From: an uncultured delta proteobacterium
GTDB lineage: Bacteria; Myxococcota; UBA727; VGSZ01
Reading direction: 5' to 3'
Assembly: GCA_963775425.1 (NCBI GenBank)
Contig: CAVZJB010000008.1
Coordinates: forward strand, 266,749 to 330,748
Length of the DNA stretch: 64,000 nt
The notes below the pieces were generated by a model. It worked only from the letters and a program-made list of their open reading frames with translations, had not been told where the DNA came from and did no database searches. Below are positions 18,464-32,019 of the stretch, piece after piece. Position 1 is the first letter of the stretch; every line of letters begins with the position of its first letter. The position numbers were made by a program, and so were the translations under genes.

Positions 18464-18977
18464 TCACGGAGGGCAGCTGCACTGGCACGTGCACTGCGAC
18501 ATCTGTCCGGGCGGCGTGCCCGCGGGGCACTGACAGGTGCAATTGCACGTCTTCATCCCCGGCGCGGGCGCGGCGGCGGGCACGGGCGCGGGCGCGGCGG
18601 CGACGGGCGCGGCGGCGACGGGCGCGGGCGCGGCGGCGACGGGAGCCGCGGCCGCGGGAGCGGCGCCGGCGCCGACCATGATCGGCGTGATGTAGGCGAG
18701 GAGCGAGTCGTAGTCGGCCGCGGGGACGTTGTGGCGTCCGCCCACCGAGGACTTCTTCAAGGGGCCGGGCGGCGTTTTTCCCGCCAGCGCCGGGCCCGCG
18801 CCCTGGCCGCCGCCGGGGTGGCAGACGTTGCACTTCGCTTGAAAGTAGGCGGCGCCTTTCGCCGGATTCGGGAGGCCCACCGCGGCCACGGCCCGTCGCG
18901 CACGCGTCGGCGACGACGACAGCGACGCAGGCACACAAAAGGACCGAGAGGACGGCAGCGACGGAGCGAGGGGACAC
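18464..18977 (-). CDS. Class I c-type cytochrome (CNVCH) with Ala/Pro linker and metallothionein-like C-terminal Cys cluster; apparent frameshift after the signal peptide
   Basis: The frame starting at 18977 encodes the signal peptide MSPRSVAAVLSVLLCACVAVVVADA. Around 18885-18905 the haem-binding domain (AVAAVGLPNPAKGAAYFQAKCNVCHPGGGQGAGPALAG...) continues in a different frame. The C-terminus is (AAAPVAAAPAPV)n followed by CNCTCQCPAGTPPGQMSQCTCQCSCPP. This is either a sequencing indel or a pseudogene. Confidence 0.5.
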
Positions 18978-19063
18978 GGAGGGACCTCCAAGGTGTGGCG
19001 GGCGGACGACCCCGTCCGCCGAAACCGACGCTACCGCGTCGGGCGGGGTACAGTCCCGTCGTC

Positions 19064-23312
<4,249 letters not shown>

Positions 23313-23317
<5 letters not shown>

Positions 23318-23378
23318 AGAGTTGAACCGCAAAACAAATGGGTCGGCCAAGCACTCGGCGCGAAGCGCCGCCCGCACC
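23313..23378 (+). repeat. Copy A of an imperfect 66-bp element (inverted partner at 31672-31737)
   Basis: ctagagagtTgaaccgcaaaACcaaatgggtcggccaagcactcggcgcgAagCgccgcccgcac begins at the kinase stop codon. It contains the hairpin cggcgc-GAA-gcgccg. Confidence 0.8.
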
Positions 23379-23439
23379 CGGCAAAGGGGGCTTGTCCGCG
23401 CTGTGCTCCCTGGCCATGGTCCGGCCGAAAGGACCGACG

Positions 23440-24426
23440 ATGACCGACACGCAAGATCCCGCCCCCTCGACGGGCGCCGCCGGCAAAGGCGCGCTCGACT
23501 TCGCCGGCGTGCTCGAGGCCATCAAGCCGCACGCCGTCCGCCGCCTGGCCGTCGCCGTCGGCCAGGACGACGCCGTGCTCGACGCCGTGGCGCGCGCGCG
23601 CCGCGAAAACGTCGCCGAGGCCGTGCTCGTCGGTGACGAGGGCCTCATCAAGGAAGTGGCCGCGCGCGTCGGCGCCGACCTCACGGGCATCGAGATCGAG
23701 CACGAGCCCGATCAGGTGAACGCCGCCCTGCGCGCCGTGGAGCTCGTGAGCAGCGGCGCCTGTCACATCGTCATGAAGGGCAAGATTCATACGGACGACT
23801 TCCTGCGCGCCGTCCTCGACAAGGAGGTCGGCCTGCGCGGAAAGCGCCTCCTCTCGCACTGCTTCATCCTCGAGGTGGAGCGGCCGCACCGGCACCTCTT
23901 GTTCGTCACCGACGGCGCCATGAACATCGCGCCCAACTTCGAGCAGAAGGCGCAGATCGCCACCAACGCCATCGCGCTCGCGCGCCTGTTCGGCATCGAT
24001 CAGCCCAAGGTGGCGGCGCTCGCCGGCGTGGAGCTCGTGAACCCCAAGATGCCCGCCACGCAGGACGCGGCGGTGCTCGCCCTCATGAGCTACCGCGGCC
24101 AGTTCGAGGCCGGCATCGTCGAGGGGCCGCTGGCGCTCGACCTCGCCGTGTCCGAGGAGGCTGCGCGCGTGAAGGGGGTGAACAACCCCGTGGCAGGCAA
24201 GGCGGACATCCTGCTCGTGCCCTCCCTCGAGTGCGGCAACATCCTCGTCAAGACGTTCTCGCACCTCGCCGGCGGCCGCACCGCGGGTCTGGTGCTCGGC
24301 GCGCGGGCGCCCGTGGTATTGACGTCGCGCGCGGACTCCGCGGAGTCGAAGTTCCTCTCCATCGCCTGCGCCGTGTACGCCGCCAACATGGCGGCCGTGC
24401 GTGTGAAGGTCGGCAAGGTGAAGTAG
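23440..24426 (+). CDS. pta: Phosphate acetyl/butyryltransferase (short-form Pta/Ptb)
   Basis: MTDTQDP...AVGQDDAVLDAVARA...LLSHCFILEVERPHRHLLFVTDGAMNIAPN...LVPSLECGNILVKT is the Pta/Ptb fold. Placed immediately upstream of ackA. Confidence 0.8.
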   Translation: MTDTQDPAPSTGAAGKGALDFAGVLEAIKPHAVRRLAVAVGQDDAVLDAVARARRENVAEAVLVGDEGLIKEVAARVGADLTGIEIEHEPDQVNAALRAVELVSSGACHIVMKGKIHTDDFLRAVLDKEVGLRGKRLLSHCFILEVERPHRHLLFVTDGAMNIAPNFEQKAQIATNAIALARLFGIDQPKVAALAGVELVNPKMPATQDAAVLALMSYRGQFEAGIVEGPLALDLAVSEEAARVKGVNNPVAGKADILLVPSLECGNILVKTFSHLAGGRTAGLVLGARAPVVLTSRADSAESKFLSIACAVYAANMAAVRVKVGKVK

Positions 24427-24441
24427 CTCTTCGGGGGCGAG

Positions 24442-25626
24442 ATGGTCGTCAGGAGAAACGTCGTCGTCGTGAACTGCGGCTCATCGAGCGTGAAGCTCGA
24501 CGTGTTCGTGCTGCCCAGCGAGGACAACCCGCTCTCGGTGCAGGTGGACCGCGTCGGCACGCCGGGCTCCGCGCTGCGGGTGAACCGCACCGAAGACCAG
24601 AGCGAGTCGCGCCCCGTGGAGGCCCCGGACACGGCGGCCGCCGTGGGCCTCGTCCTCGACGTGGTGGCCGCCGCCGGCTTCTCCGTCGACGTCGTCGGCC
24701 ACCGCGTGGTGCATGGCGGCGAGCGCTTCTCCGACAGCGTCGTCGTCGACGAAGACGTGCTCGCCGCCATCAAGCGCTGTGTGCCGCTGGCGCCGCTGCA
24801 CAACCCCGCCAACCTCGCCGGCATCCACGTGGCGCGCGCGCGGCTGCCTAGCGTGCCGCACGTGGCCGTCTTCGACACCGCGTTTCACCAGACGCTGGCG
24901 CCGGACGCCTACCTGTATGCGCTGCCGCGGGCGCTCCATGACGATGACGGCGTGCGCCGCTACGGCTTCCACGGCACCTCGCACCGCTACGTCGCGGAGC
25001 GCGCCGCCGCCTTCTTCGGTCGCGCGCTCACCACCCTTCGGCTGGTCACGCTTCACCTCGGCAACGGCTGCTCCGCGGCGGCCATCGACGGCGGAAAGAG
25101 CGTGGACACGTCCATGGGCATGACGCCGCTCGAGGGGCTGGTGATGGGGACGCGCAGCGGCGACGTCGACGCCGCCGTGGTGCTCCGCATCGCCCGCGAC
25201 CAGGGCATCGACGCCGCGGAGACCACGCTCAACAAGCAGAGCGGCTTGCTCGGGGTGTCCAGGCGGAGCAACGACATGCGCGATCTGGAGAAGGCCGCGG
25301 CCGAGGGCGACGCCGACGCCGACCTCGCCATCCGCGTCTTCAGCCGCCGCGCCAAGAAGTACGTGGGCGCGTTCGCCGCCGTGCTCGGCGGCGTCGACGG
25401 CGTCGTCTTCACCGGCGGGATCGGCGAGAACTCGGCGCGCGTGCGCCGCGAGATCTGCGACGGCCTCGGCGTCATCGGCGCGCTCCTCGACGACCGGAAG
25501 AACGAGCGCAGCGAGCGCGGCGAGCGTGATCTCGCCTCCATGGACTCGCGCGTGCGCATCCTCGTCATTCCCACCGACGAAGAGCGGGCCATCGCCCGCG
25601 ACGCCCTCCGCCTCGCGGGCTTGTGA
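24442..25626 (+). CDS. ackA: Acetate kinase
   Basis: VVVNCGSSSVKLDVF, VGHRVVHGG, GFHGTSHRY and FTGGIGENS are canonical acetate/propionate kinase motifs. Confidence 0.9.
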   Translation: MVVRRNVVVVNCGSSSVKLDVFVLPSEDNPLSVQVDRVGTPGSALRVNRTEDQSESRPVEAPDTAAAVGLVLDVVAAAGFSVDVVGHRVVHGGERFSDSVVVDEDVLAAIKRCVPLAPLHNPANLAGIHVARARLPSVPHVAVFDTAFHQTLAPDAYLYALPRALHDDDGVRRYGFHGTSHRYVAERAAAFFGRALTTLRLVTLHLGNGCSAAAIDGGKSVDTSMGMTPLEGLVMGTRSGDVDAAVVLRIARDQGIDAAETTLNKQSGLLGVSRRSNDMRDLEKAAAEGDADADLAIRVFSRRAKKYVGAFAAVLGGVDGVVFTGGIGENSARVRREICDGLGVIGALLDDRKNERSERGERDLASMDSRVRILVIPTDEERAIARDALRLAGL

Positions 25627-25979
25627 CCCGGGCCGCGCCGTCCGCGCGCCCGGGCATCGGGCTCACCTTCGAGATCGAGATCCCGGACACGGACCTCGCG
25701 GCGGTGAACGGCGCGGTGGACCTCGTGGAGAACGACATCCGCGGCACGGTGACCATCGACGGCGACGTCGTCGAGGTCGGCGGCGCGTTGAACCCCGACT
25801 ACGACCGCGAGGCGCTCGACGCGAGCTGGGCTTGCAACCAGCCCGCCGCCACCGGCTGCTCCTCGAGCGGCGTGCCCGCGCCCGTCGCCGCCGCTGCGGC
25901 GCTCGCGCTCGGCCTCGCGCGTCGCCGGCGGCGCTCGCGGCCTACGCGCGTCGCCGCCCCGCGCCGCGCGGGGAGCTGA
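25623..25979 (+). CDS. Orphan MYXO-CTERM-like C-terminal fragment (possible gene remnant)
   Basis: The 118-aa ORF ends ...WACNQPAATGCSSSGVPAPVAAAAALALGLARRRRRS, which is Cys-Gly-Cys then a hydrophobic helix then poly-Arg. It has no signal peptide and no upstream domain. Confidence 0.3.
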   Translation: MTRAAPSARPGIGLTFEIEIPDTDLAAVNGAVDLVENDIRGTVTIDGDVVEVGGALNPDYDREALDASWACNQPAATGCSSSGVPAPVAAAAALALGLARRRRRSRPTRVAAPRRAGS

Positions 25980-25982
25980 GCT

Positions 25983-26927
25983 TCACCAGAGGTTGCCGGG
26001 CCCGCCGGGCGCGTAGTTCTTGTCGTAGAACTTCCGGTACGCGCCGCCGTAGTAGTCACGGTAGTTGGTGCCGGCGGGCTGGCCCGACGGCCGCAAGTGC
26101 GCGTAGCGCTCGACGAGCGCGTCGTGCGAAGGGAACGGCTTGGCGGTGTCCACGCCGGCGACGCCGATGTCGTTCCCGGTCTTGCTCAGCACCTCGTCGC
26201 GGATCTTCTTGTTGATCTCGGTGGCGTGGGCTTCGTCGCCGAGGTTGCGGTTGGTGTTGGCGGCGACATAGTTGCGCTCGCGCCAGGCCTCGATGGTCCG
26301 GTCCGACTTCCCGGGGTTGTCGCCGAGGCCGGGCTTCACCAAACCGGGGGCACCGCTGCGCGCGTAGTCGAAGTGACCGAGCTCATGGGCGATGGTCTCC
26401 TTGTGATCCGCCTCCGAGGTCGCGGTCCCGTGGCTGCGGGTCATGATTGCGATCTGCGGCGGGTGACCGTCCTTGAAGAAACCGCTGTCCCCACCGTCGG
26501 TGAGCTTGCCGCCCTCGGCGCGGAACCTGGCGAGGAGCGCCTTGGCCGTCGGGGAGTCCGCGGCGAGCTTGTCGGCGGTGGCGTTGAACTTCTTCTCGAG
26601 CGCCGCCTGTCGCGCGGCCGCCGTGTTGGGCGCCGCCGTCACCGCCGCCCCGGACGACGGGCCGGTCGCGGCGGAGGGGCTCGGCGCGGCCGGCATCGCC
26701 GGGTCCGTCGACGACGGCGCCCGGGCGGCGAATTGCCGGAAGCGTTGCCCCGCCGCCTGCTGGACCGAGGCGGTTGCCTGCACGTTCGCGGGATCGAGCG
26801 GGGGCTTCTGGCTCGGTTGCTGCGCGAGCTGCTGGCCGACCGCTTGCGACGCCGCGGTGTCGTTCACCTTGGGCGGCGGCGGGGGCGGCGGCGGCGGCGG
26901 CTTCTGCGGGGAGATCTCGTCTGCCAT
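25983..26927 (-). CDS. Polyproline-containing protein with HExxH motif (putative zinc metallopeptidase/effector-like)
   Basis: MADEISPQKPPPPPPPPPPKVND..., a Q/A-rich region, then ...HKETIAHELGHFDYARSG... in a globular C-terminal domain. The long upstream part of track ORF 25983..27749 is R-rich junk. Confidence 0.55.
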   Translation of the reverse strand: MADEISPQKPPPPPPPPPPKVNDTAASQAVGQQLAQQPSQKPPLDPANVQATASVQQAAGQRFRQFAARAPSSTDPAMPAAPSPSAATGPSSGAAVTAAPNTAAARQAALEKKFNATADKLAADSPTAKALLARFRAEGGKLTDGGDSGFFKDGHPPQIAIMTRSHGTATSEADHKETIAHELGHFDYARSGAPGLVKPGLGDNPGKSDRTIEAWRERNYVAANTNRNLGDEAHATEINKKIRDEVLSKTGNDIGVAGVDTAKPFPSHDALVERYAHLRPSGQPAGTNYRDYYGGAYRKFYDKNYAPGGPGNLW

Positions 26928-27071
26928 GTGTGCTCCAGGGGACGGTGAGGTTGTCGGCATACAGGTTCCGCCGCGCACCTCGGTCGCCGCGTGGATGCGA
27001 GCGCGGCGCACAGGAGCGCCGGCGCCGCGCGGGCATCGGTCGAACGTCCCCCCGCCCGGGGTAGGCTGCGC

Positions 27072-27303
27072 CGTGCCCGCGAAAGAGCCGCTCACGCGCA
27101 CGACCAAGCTCATCGCCGCCGTCGCCGTCGGCGTCTTCGCGCTCGCGCTGATCGCCGCCGCGCTGGTGGTCCTGTCGCTGATCCCCACGGACACCGCGCG
27201 GCTCGCCCGGCAGGCGCCGCCGTTTTCCACGGGCGCGGTGAAGGCGGCGCCGGGGTGTCCGCTCACGGAGATCGTCGCCCGAGCGCGAGCTGCGCGGTGG
27301 TGA
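27072..27303 (+). CDS. Possible small membrane protein (77 aa, one TM helix)
   Basis: GTG start. [25 protein letters not shown] is a TM helix. Weak: short and embedded in a junk ORF. Confidence 0.25.
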
Positions 27304-27610
27304 CGCCCTCTTGCTCGGCGAGCTCGGCGACGGCGTCCACCAGACGCAGGTTCTTCGCGAAGTTCTCGCCCTGAAAGCGCGGCGAGTGACGGCGGTAGTC
27401 GTCTTCCGGGATGTCCTCGTAGCGGCGGATGGCGCCGGACAGGAAGCCGCGACCGAGGGGGCTGTAGGCGACGAAGCCGATGCCGAGCTCCCGGCACGTG
27501 GCGAGCACGCCGTCCTCGGGGTCGCGCGTCCACAGCGAGTACTCCGACTGCAGCGCCGCGATGGGGTCGCTTCCGTCTGTTTTGTCCCAGGTCGCCACGT
27601 TCGCGGCCTC
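27263..27610 (-). pseudogene. Aldo/keto reductase gene remnant (internal ~115-aa fragment only)
   Basis: ...[91 protein letters not shown] matches the central/C-terminal region of AKR family proteins. The N-terminal ~170 aa and C-terminal ~40 aa are absent, and no frame continues the homology. Confidence 0.6.
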
Positions 27611-27654
27611 CCGGCGACAGCGGCGCCGCGCGCGCCGTAAGGTGACCGCGCGCC

Positions 27655-29607
27655 ATGTTTGTCCCGGCCCTCCTGGTCGCTGCCGCTGCACCGCAGACGC
27701 CGACGCCGTTTCCTCGCGATGTCGTGGTGCCGACGCCCACCGAGGCCATCGGCCTCGGTGAGATCTACGCCGTGCGCGGCGGCAAGCTGTGGATGAAGCG
27801 GGCGGCGGGCTCCTGGGAGCTCTATGGCGGCACGGGCGCTCCGCCAGGGACGGATCACCCCGTCATCGCCGTCTTTGCCGATGAGGACGAGCACTTCACG
27901 GTGGTCACCGACGACCTGCTGATGCACCACCACGAAAATGGCGCGTGGGACTCCCTTTGGGGCCTGCCGTCGCTGCCGCCGGTGCGCGGCCCGCTCGCCT
28001 TGCCGTTCGCCACCGCGTCGCTGCGGCCGGGGCGCGCGGCGTACAGCATGCGCCAGAAGAACGTGCTGTTCTACGAGGACCGAAACGGTGCCCAGTTCTT
28101 CTGGGGCGACGCCGGCACCACGTCGCTGTTCGTGCTCACGGACGACGGGCGCCGCATCCTGTTCGGCGATCCGTGGTTGCCGCCGGACTTCTCGCGCGAG
28201 ATCTGCGCGCCCGAGCGCGGCGGCTTTGTCATGGCGTCGGTGGCGGCCAGCGCGTCCATGCTCTTCGTCATCGGCGTCGACGGCTCGATGTTCACCCGCT
28301 TCGAGGACTACGACCACGACGGCGGCACGCCGCTGTTTTCATACGACTACCGCCCCGAGCGCTCCGCGCGGCCGCCGCCCGTCGGGCGCGCGGGCACCGA
28401 CCCGCTCTCGGCGGCGCAGACGCGCGGGCTCCCCGCCGACGACTGGCACGCGCAGCCCCCGGTCGCGCTCTCGGGGAAGGCGCGGCTGAGCCGGAACATC
28501 GCCATCGTGCAGACCGGCAGGGGCAACGCCGCGCGCGAGCTGCGCGTCGCCGGCGACGACGCCGACGGCCGCCGCGGCGTGTACGCAAAGCCGCTCGACG
28601 CGGCGCGATGGACGTTTCGCCCCGCGGGCGACGGCGCCCTCGACGCGGGGCTCGACGTCGCGGCCGGCGCCTGGCTCGATCCGCGCGCGCAGGCGCACGC
28701 GGCGGCGCCGTCGGTCTCGTACGGCGGCTTCCTGCGCATGGCGTCGTCCTCGGTGAGCGGCGCCCGGCGTGCGCGCGGGAAGATCCGCGCGTACGGCGTC
28801 ACCGACGACTTTGCCTTTCACTGCTCACCGTTTCACCTCACGCTCGACGTCGGCGGCGTCGACGTGCCGCTGCTGGTGCACGCGGTGGACGCGTGGACGC
28901 TCTTTTCCGAGAGAGATCCCGTCGACGACGACACCGCCGGCAAGCGCTACAAGATCACGCTCTTCCTCGACGAGCCCGCCGGCGCGGCGCCGCTCCCCGC
29001 GGAGACCCGCGCGGCGCTCGATGATCTGTTTCGCGGCGCCCTCGGCCGGCCCTTCGCCTTCGCCGGCGTGGCCAACCAGCACGAGCTGGTCATCGTGCCG
29101 GTGAGCTATCCCCTCGACGTGGCCCGCGCGCGTTGGTCCCTGGTGATGCGCTCGAACCCGGCGGAGCGGGCGCTCGCCGTGGTGCCGCTCCACCCCGCGT
29201 CGCACCTCGCCGCGCGCATCCTCGCGGCCGGCGGCGCCGGCGCCGGCGCGACGCTCGCCGACGTCCGCCGCGACGGGAGCGGGTGCCGCCCCGCCGTGCA
29301 CGCGCGCGCCGCGCGGGCGCTCGTCGCCGTGCGCGCCGCCCGCGACGAGGCCGAGCGCCGCTTGCTGCTGTCCCGCGCGCTCGAGGCCGCGCTGCCGTCG
29401 GGCACCGCCGTCGTCGACGTCGGCACCGTCGTCACGTCGCTGCGCTTCACGTGGCCGCTCACCGGTTGGCTCGACAGCCTCGAGCTGCACCTGCCCGCGG
29501 TGCTGGGCGCGCCCGTGCTCGCGTACGAGCGCTTCGTCGACGGCTCGCGCGCGGACTTCGACGCCACCGAGCACGCGCTCGCCGCGTGCGCGGGAGCTGC
29601 GTCGTGA
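27655..29607 (+). CDS. Hypothetical secreted protein (650 aa)
   Basis: Signal peptide [16 protein letters not shown]. Long ORF with balanced composition (W/F/Y/D-rich). Its TGA overlaps the next gene's GTG (GTGA). Confidence 0.7.
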   Translation: MFVPALLVAAAAPQTPTPFPRDVVVPTPTEAIGLGEIYAVRGGKLWMKRAAGSWELYGGTGAPPGTDHPVIAVFADEDEHFTVVTDDLLMHHHENGAWDSLWGLPSLPPVRGPLALPFATASLRPGRAAYSMRQKNVLFYEDRNGAQFFWGDAGTTSLFVLTDDGRRILFGDPWLPPDFSREICAPERGGFVMASVAASASMLFVIGVDGSMFTRFEDYDHDGGTPLFSYDYRPERSARPPPVGRAGTDPLSAAQTRGLPADDWHAQPPVALSGKARLSRNIAIVQTGRGNAARELRVAGDDADGRRGVYAKPLDAARWTFRPAGDGALDAGLDVAAGAWLDPRAQAHAAAPSVSYGGFLRMASSSVSGARRARGKIRAYGVTDDFAFHCSPFHLTLDVGGVDVPLLVHAVDAWTLFSERDPVDDDTAGKRYKITLFLDEPAGAAPLPAETRAALDDLFRGALGRPFAFAGVANQHELVIVPVSYPLDVARARWSLVMRSNPAERALAVVPLHPASHLAARILAAGGAGAGATLADVRRDGSGCRPAVHARAARALVAVRAARDEAERRLLLSRALEAALPSGTAVVDVGTVVTSLRFTWPLTGWLDSLELHLPAVLGAPVLAYERFVDGSRADFDATEHALAACAGAAS

Positions 29608-31394
29608 GCGCCCCCGCCGCGAGCCAAGGCGCCCGAGCGCGGCTGCCAGACCGCTTCGCGGGCCTCCTCGGCGGCGCGTTCGACGACGAGGCCCGCGCCG
29701 CGTTCGGCCGCAGCGTCATCGACAGCAACAACGTCCGCCTGCGGGTGCTCTTGCCCCTGATGGCGGTGGTGCATGTGGCGCACACGCTGCTCTATTGGGT
29801 GTCACCCGCCGAGCGCGCCACGCTCGCGCCCACCGTCGCCCTCTGGCGCGACGGCGTGGTGACGGCGCACCTCGCCACGCTCGTGCTCAACCTGGCGCTG
29901 GCGGCGCTGGCGTGGCTGCGCCCGCGGGCGAGCTCCGCGTGGCTGTACGGCCCTGCCGCCGCCACGCTGTATCTGGTCCACGGCGCGGCCTGCTCGGGCG
30001 TAGACCAGCTCGTGGTCATGAACGTCACGGCGTTCACGGGTTACGCGTTCGGCATCGCCGTGATCATCGCGCTCACGCCGTGGCAGACGGTGGTGTGCTA
30101 CGGCATCGGCCTGGTGAGCGTCGTCGGCGCCGTCGGCGCGCTTCAGCCCGACGTCAACATGCGCACGTCGGCGTTGGCCAACGCCGTGTCGCTCTCCGTG
30201 GCCGGCGTGGGCCTTGCCGTCATCCTGCACGGCAACCGCCGCCGCGACTTCGCGCAGCGCCGCACCATCGATCGCCAGCGCCAGGAGCTGCAGTCGTTGA
30301 ACGCGGTCCTCGAGCGGCGCGTGCGGGAGCAGGTGGCCGAGATCGTCCAGCGCGCCGACGAGGTCGACGCGTTGAACACGCAGTTGCAGGCGCGCGTGCG
30401 CGATCGCTCGAACGAGCTGTCGCTGGCGCTCGCCCAGCTCGCCTCGCAGCGCGAGGCCGACGGTACGCTCAAGCCGGGCACGCTCCTCGCCGAGCGCTTC
30501 GAGATCGTGGAGCTGCTCGGGCAGGGCGGCATGGGCGCGGTCTACGCGGGCGTCGACAGGACCACGAGCGCGCGCGTGGCCGTCAAGGTCATCCAGGCCG
30601 CGTCGGCGCGACAGCTCGACGCCTTGCATCGCTTCCTCCTCGAGGCGCGCTCCGCTGCCACCATCGCGCACGCGGCGGTGGTGCGGGTGCTCCACGTCGA
30701 CATCTCCGACGATGGCCTGCTGTTCCAGGTGCAAGAGCTCGTCGACGGCGAGACGCTCGAGGGCTGGCTGCGCCGCAAGGAGGCGGTGCCCGCGGGTGTC
30801 GTCGCGCGGGTCGGCGCCGTGCTGTGCGAGGCGCTGGCGGCGGCGCATGAAGCGGGCGTCATCCATCGCGACGTCAAGCCGAGCAACGTGATGCTGACGT
30901 CGGCGGCGCCGCACGTGAAGCTCCTCGACTTCGGCATCGCCAAGCTCTCGGAGCGTCACGACACCAGGGACACGGAGCGCACGGGGACCGGCTTCTTCCT
31001 CGGGACGCCCGCGTACATGGCCCCGGAGCAGAAGGAGGGCGCCGCCGACGTCACCGACCGCGCCGACGTCTACGCCGTCGGCGTCGTGCTCTTCCGCATG
31101 CTCACGCGGCGGCTGCCCACGGAGAAGGAGACCGCGCGCGCGCGCGGCGGCGAGCCTGACACGGCGCCTGACCAGACGGGCCTCGCGGGGCTCGTCGACG
31201 CCAAGGTCGCGCACGTCGTCGGCGCTTGCCTCACCCTCGACCCCGCGGCGCGCCCGAGCGCCCGGGTCCTGGCCGCGGAGCTCGCGGCGCTCGCCGAGGA
31301 GGCGCACGCCGCGCCGCTCACGTCGCTCGATCTGGGTGGCGCCGCGCCGGCCCTCGAGTCGATCACCCAGACCACCTGGCAGCGCCGCACCTGA
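29604..31394 (+). CDS. Membrane-anchored Ser/Thr protein kinase with N-terminal multi-TM sensor-like domain
   Basis: About 5 TM helices in the first ~230 aa, then a coiled coil, then kinase motifs (GQGGMGAVY, VAVKVI, HRDVKPSNVML, DFG, GTPAYMAPE). The upstream part of track ORF 29133..31394 is junk. Confidence 0.8.
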   Translation: MSAPAASQGARARLPDRFAGLLGGAFDDEARAAFGRSVIDSNNVRLRVLLPLMAVVHVAHTLLYWVSPAERATLAPTVALWRDGVVTAHLATLVLNLALAALAWLRPRASSAWLYGPAAATLYLVHGAACSGVDQLVVMNVTAFTGYAFGIAVIIALTPWQTVVCYGIGLVSVVGAVGALQPDVNMRTSALANAVSLSVAGVGLAVILHGNRRRDFAQRRTIDRQRQELQSLNAVLERRVREQVAEIVQRADEVDALNTQLQARVRDRSNELSLALAQLASQREADGTLKPGTLLAERFEIVELLGQGGMGAVYAGVDRTTSARVAVKVIQAASARQLDALHRFLLEARSAATIAHAAVVRVLHVDISDDGLLFQVQELVDGETLEGWLRRKEAVPAGVVARVGAVLCEALAAAHEAGVIHRDVKPSNVMLTSAAPHVKLLDFGIAKLSERHDTRDTERTGTGFFLGTPAYMAPEQKEGAADVTDRADVYAVGVVLFRMLTRRLPTEKETARARGGEPDTAPDQTGLAGLVDAKVAHVVGACLTLDPAARPSARVLAAELAALAEEAHAAPLTSLDLGGAAPALESITQTTWQRRT

Positions 31395-31547
31395 CCGGGT
31401 GATCGAGACGCACGTCGCGCAAAGGAGGCGCTCCGCGCGGCCGCCCGCGCGCCCTCGGGCGAGCGGGAGCGCGGCCGCACATCGGGCTGCTGGAGAAGTG
31501 ATCCGCATAGCGAACAGGGTCAGTGCCGGCACGCGCGGTGGTCCCGC

Positions 31548-31608
31548 CGCCGGTGCGCTGACACCGCTCCATCTTCCGCTTCGACGTCTCGGTGTCAGCG
31601 CACCGGCG
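31548..31608. terminator. Perfect 18-bp inverted repeat (cgccggtgcgctgacacc / ggtgtcagcgcaccggcg) with 25-nt loop; possible terminator or structured RNA element
   Basis: The two arms are exact reverse complements at 31548-31565 and 31591-31608. It lies 154 bp downstream of the kinase stop. No U-tract follows. Confidence 0.35.
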
Positions 31609-31671
31609 ACGGGCCTGGCGCGCGTGCGGGCACGCCCGCCGCTTCGCGCGCATCGACGACGTGCGGGCGGC

Positions 31672-31737
31672 CCTCCGCGCCGAGTGCTTGGCCGACCCAT
31701 TTGTCTTTGCGGTTCGACTCTCTAGGCTCGCGACCGT
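31672..31737 (-). repeat. Copy B (inverted orientation) of the imperfect 66-bp element
   Basis: The reverse complement reads ctagagagtCgaaccgcaaaGAcaaatgggtcggccaagcactcggcgcgGagGgccgcccgcac, about 62/66 identical to copy A. Confidence 0.8.
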
Positions 31738-32019
31738 GGGCGCCGGCTCCCCGCCCGACCTCGTCGCACGGCTGGCGCTCGTTCGCCCGTCGCTCGCGCG
31801 CTTGTCGTCGTACCTCGAATTCATCGGGGAGATGCGCGTCGGTCTTCGCCGAACAGGTGCAGCGGGAGACGTGCCGGTATTGGATTGACGTCGAGGGCGC
31901 GCGCCGACCCGCGCATTGACCCGCGCCCGCCCGGCCCCGGTCCCCCCCGCGGGGCCCCTGTGCGGTTCCTCACGTTGCCCCCTCGACGGGGCGCTCCCGG
32001 TCCGACAGGATCATCCCAG

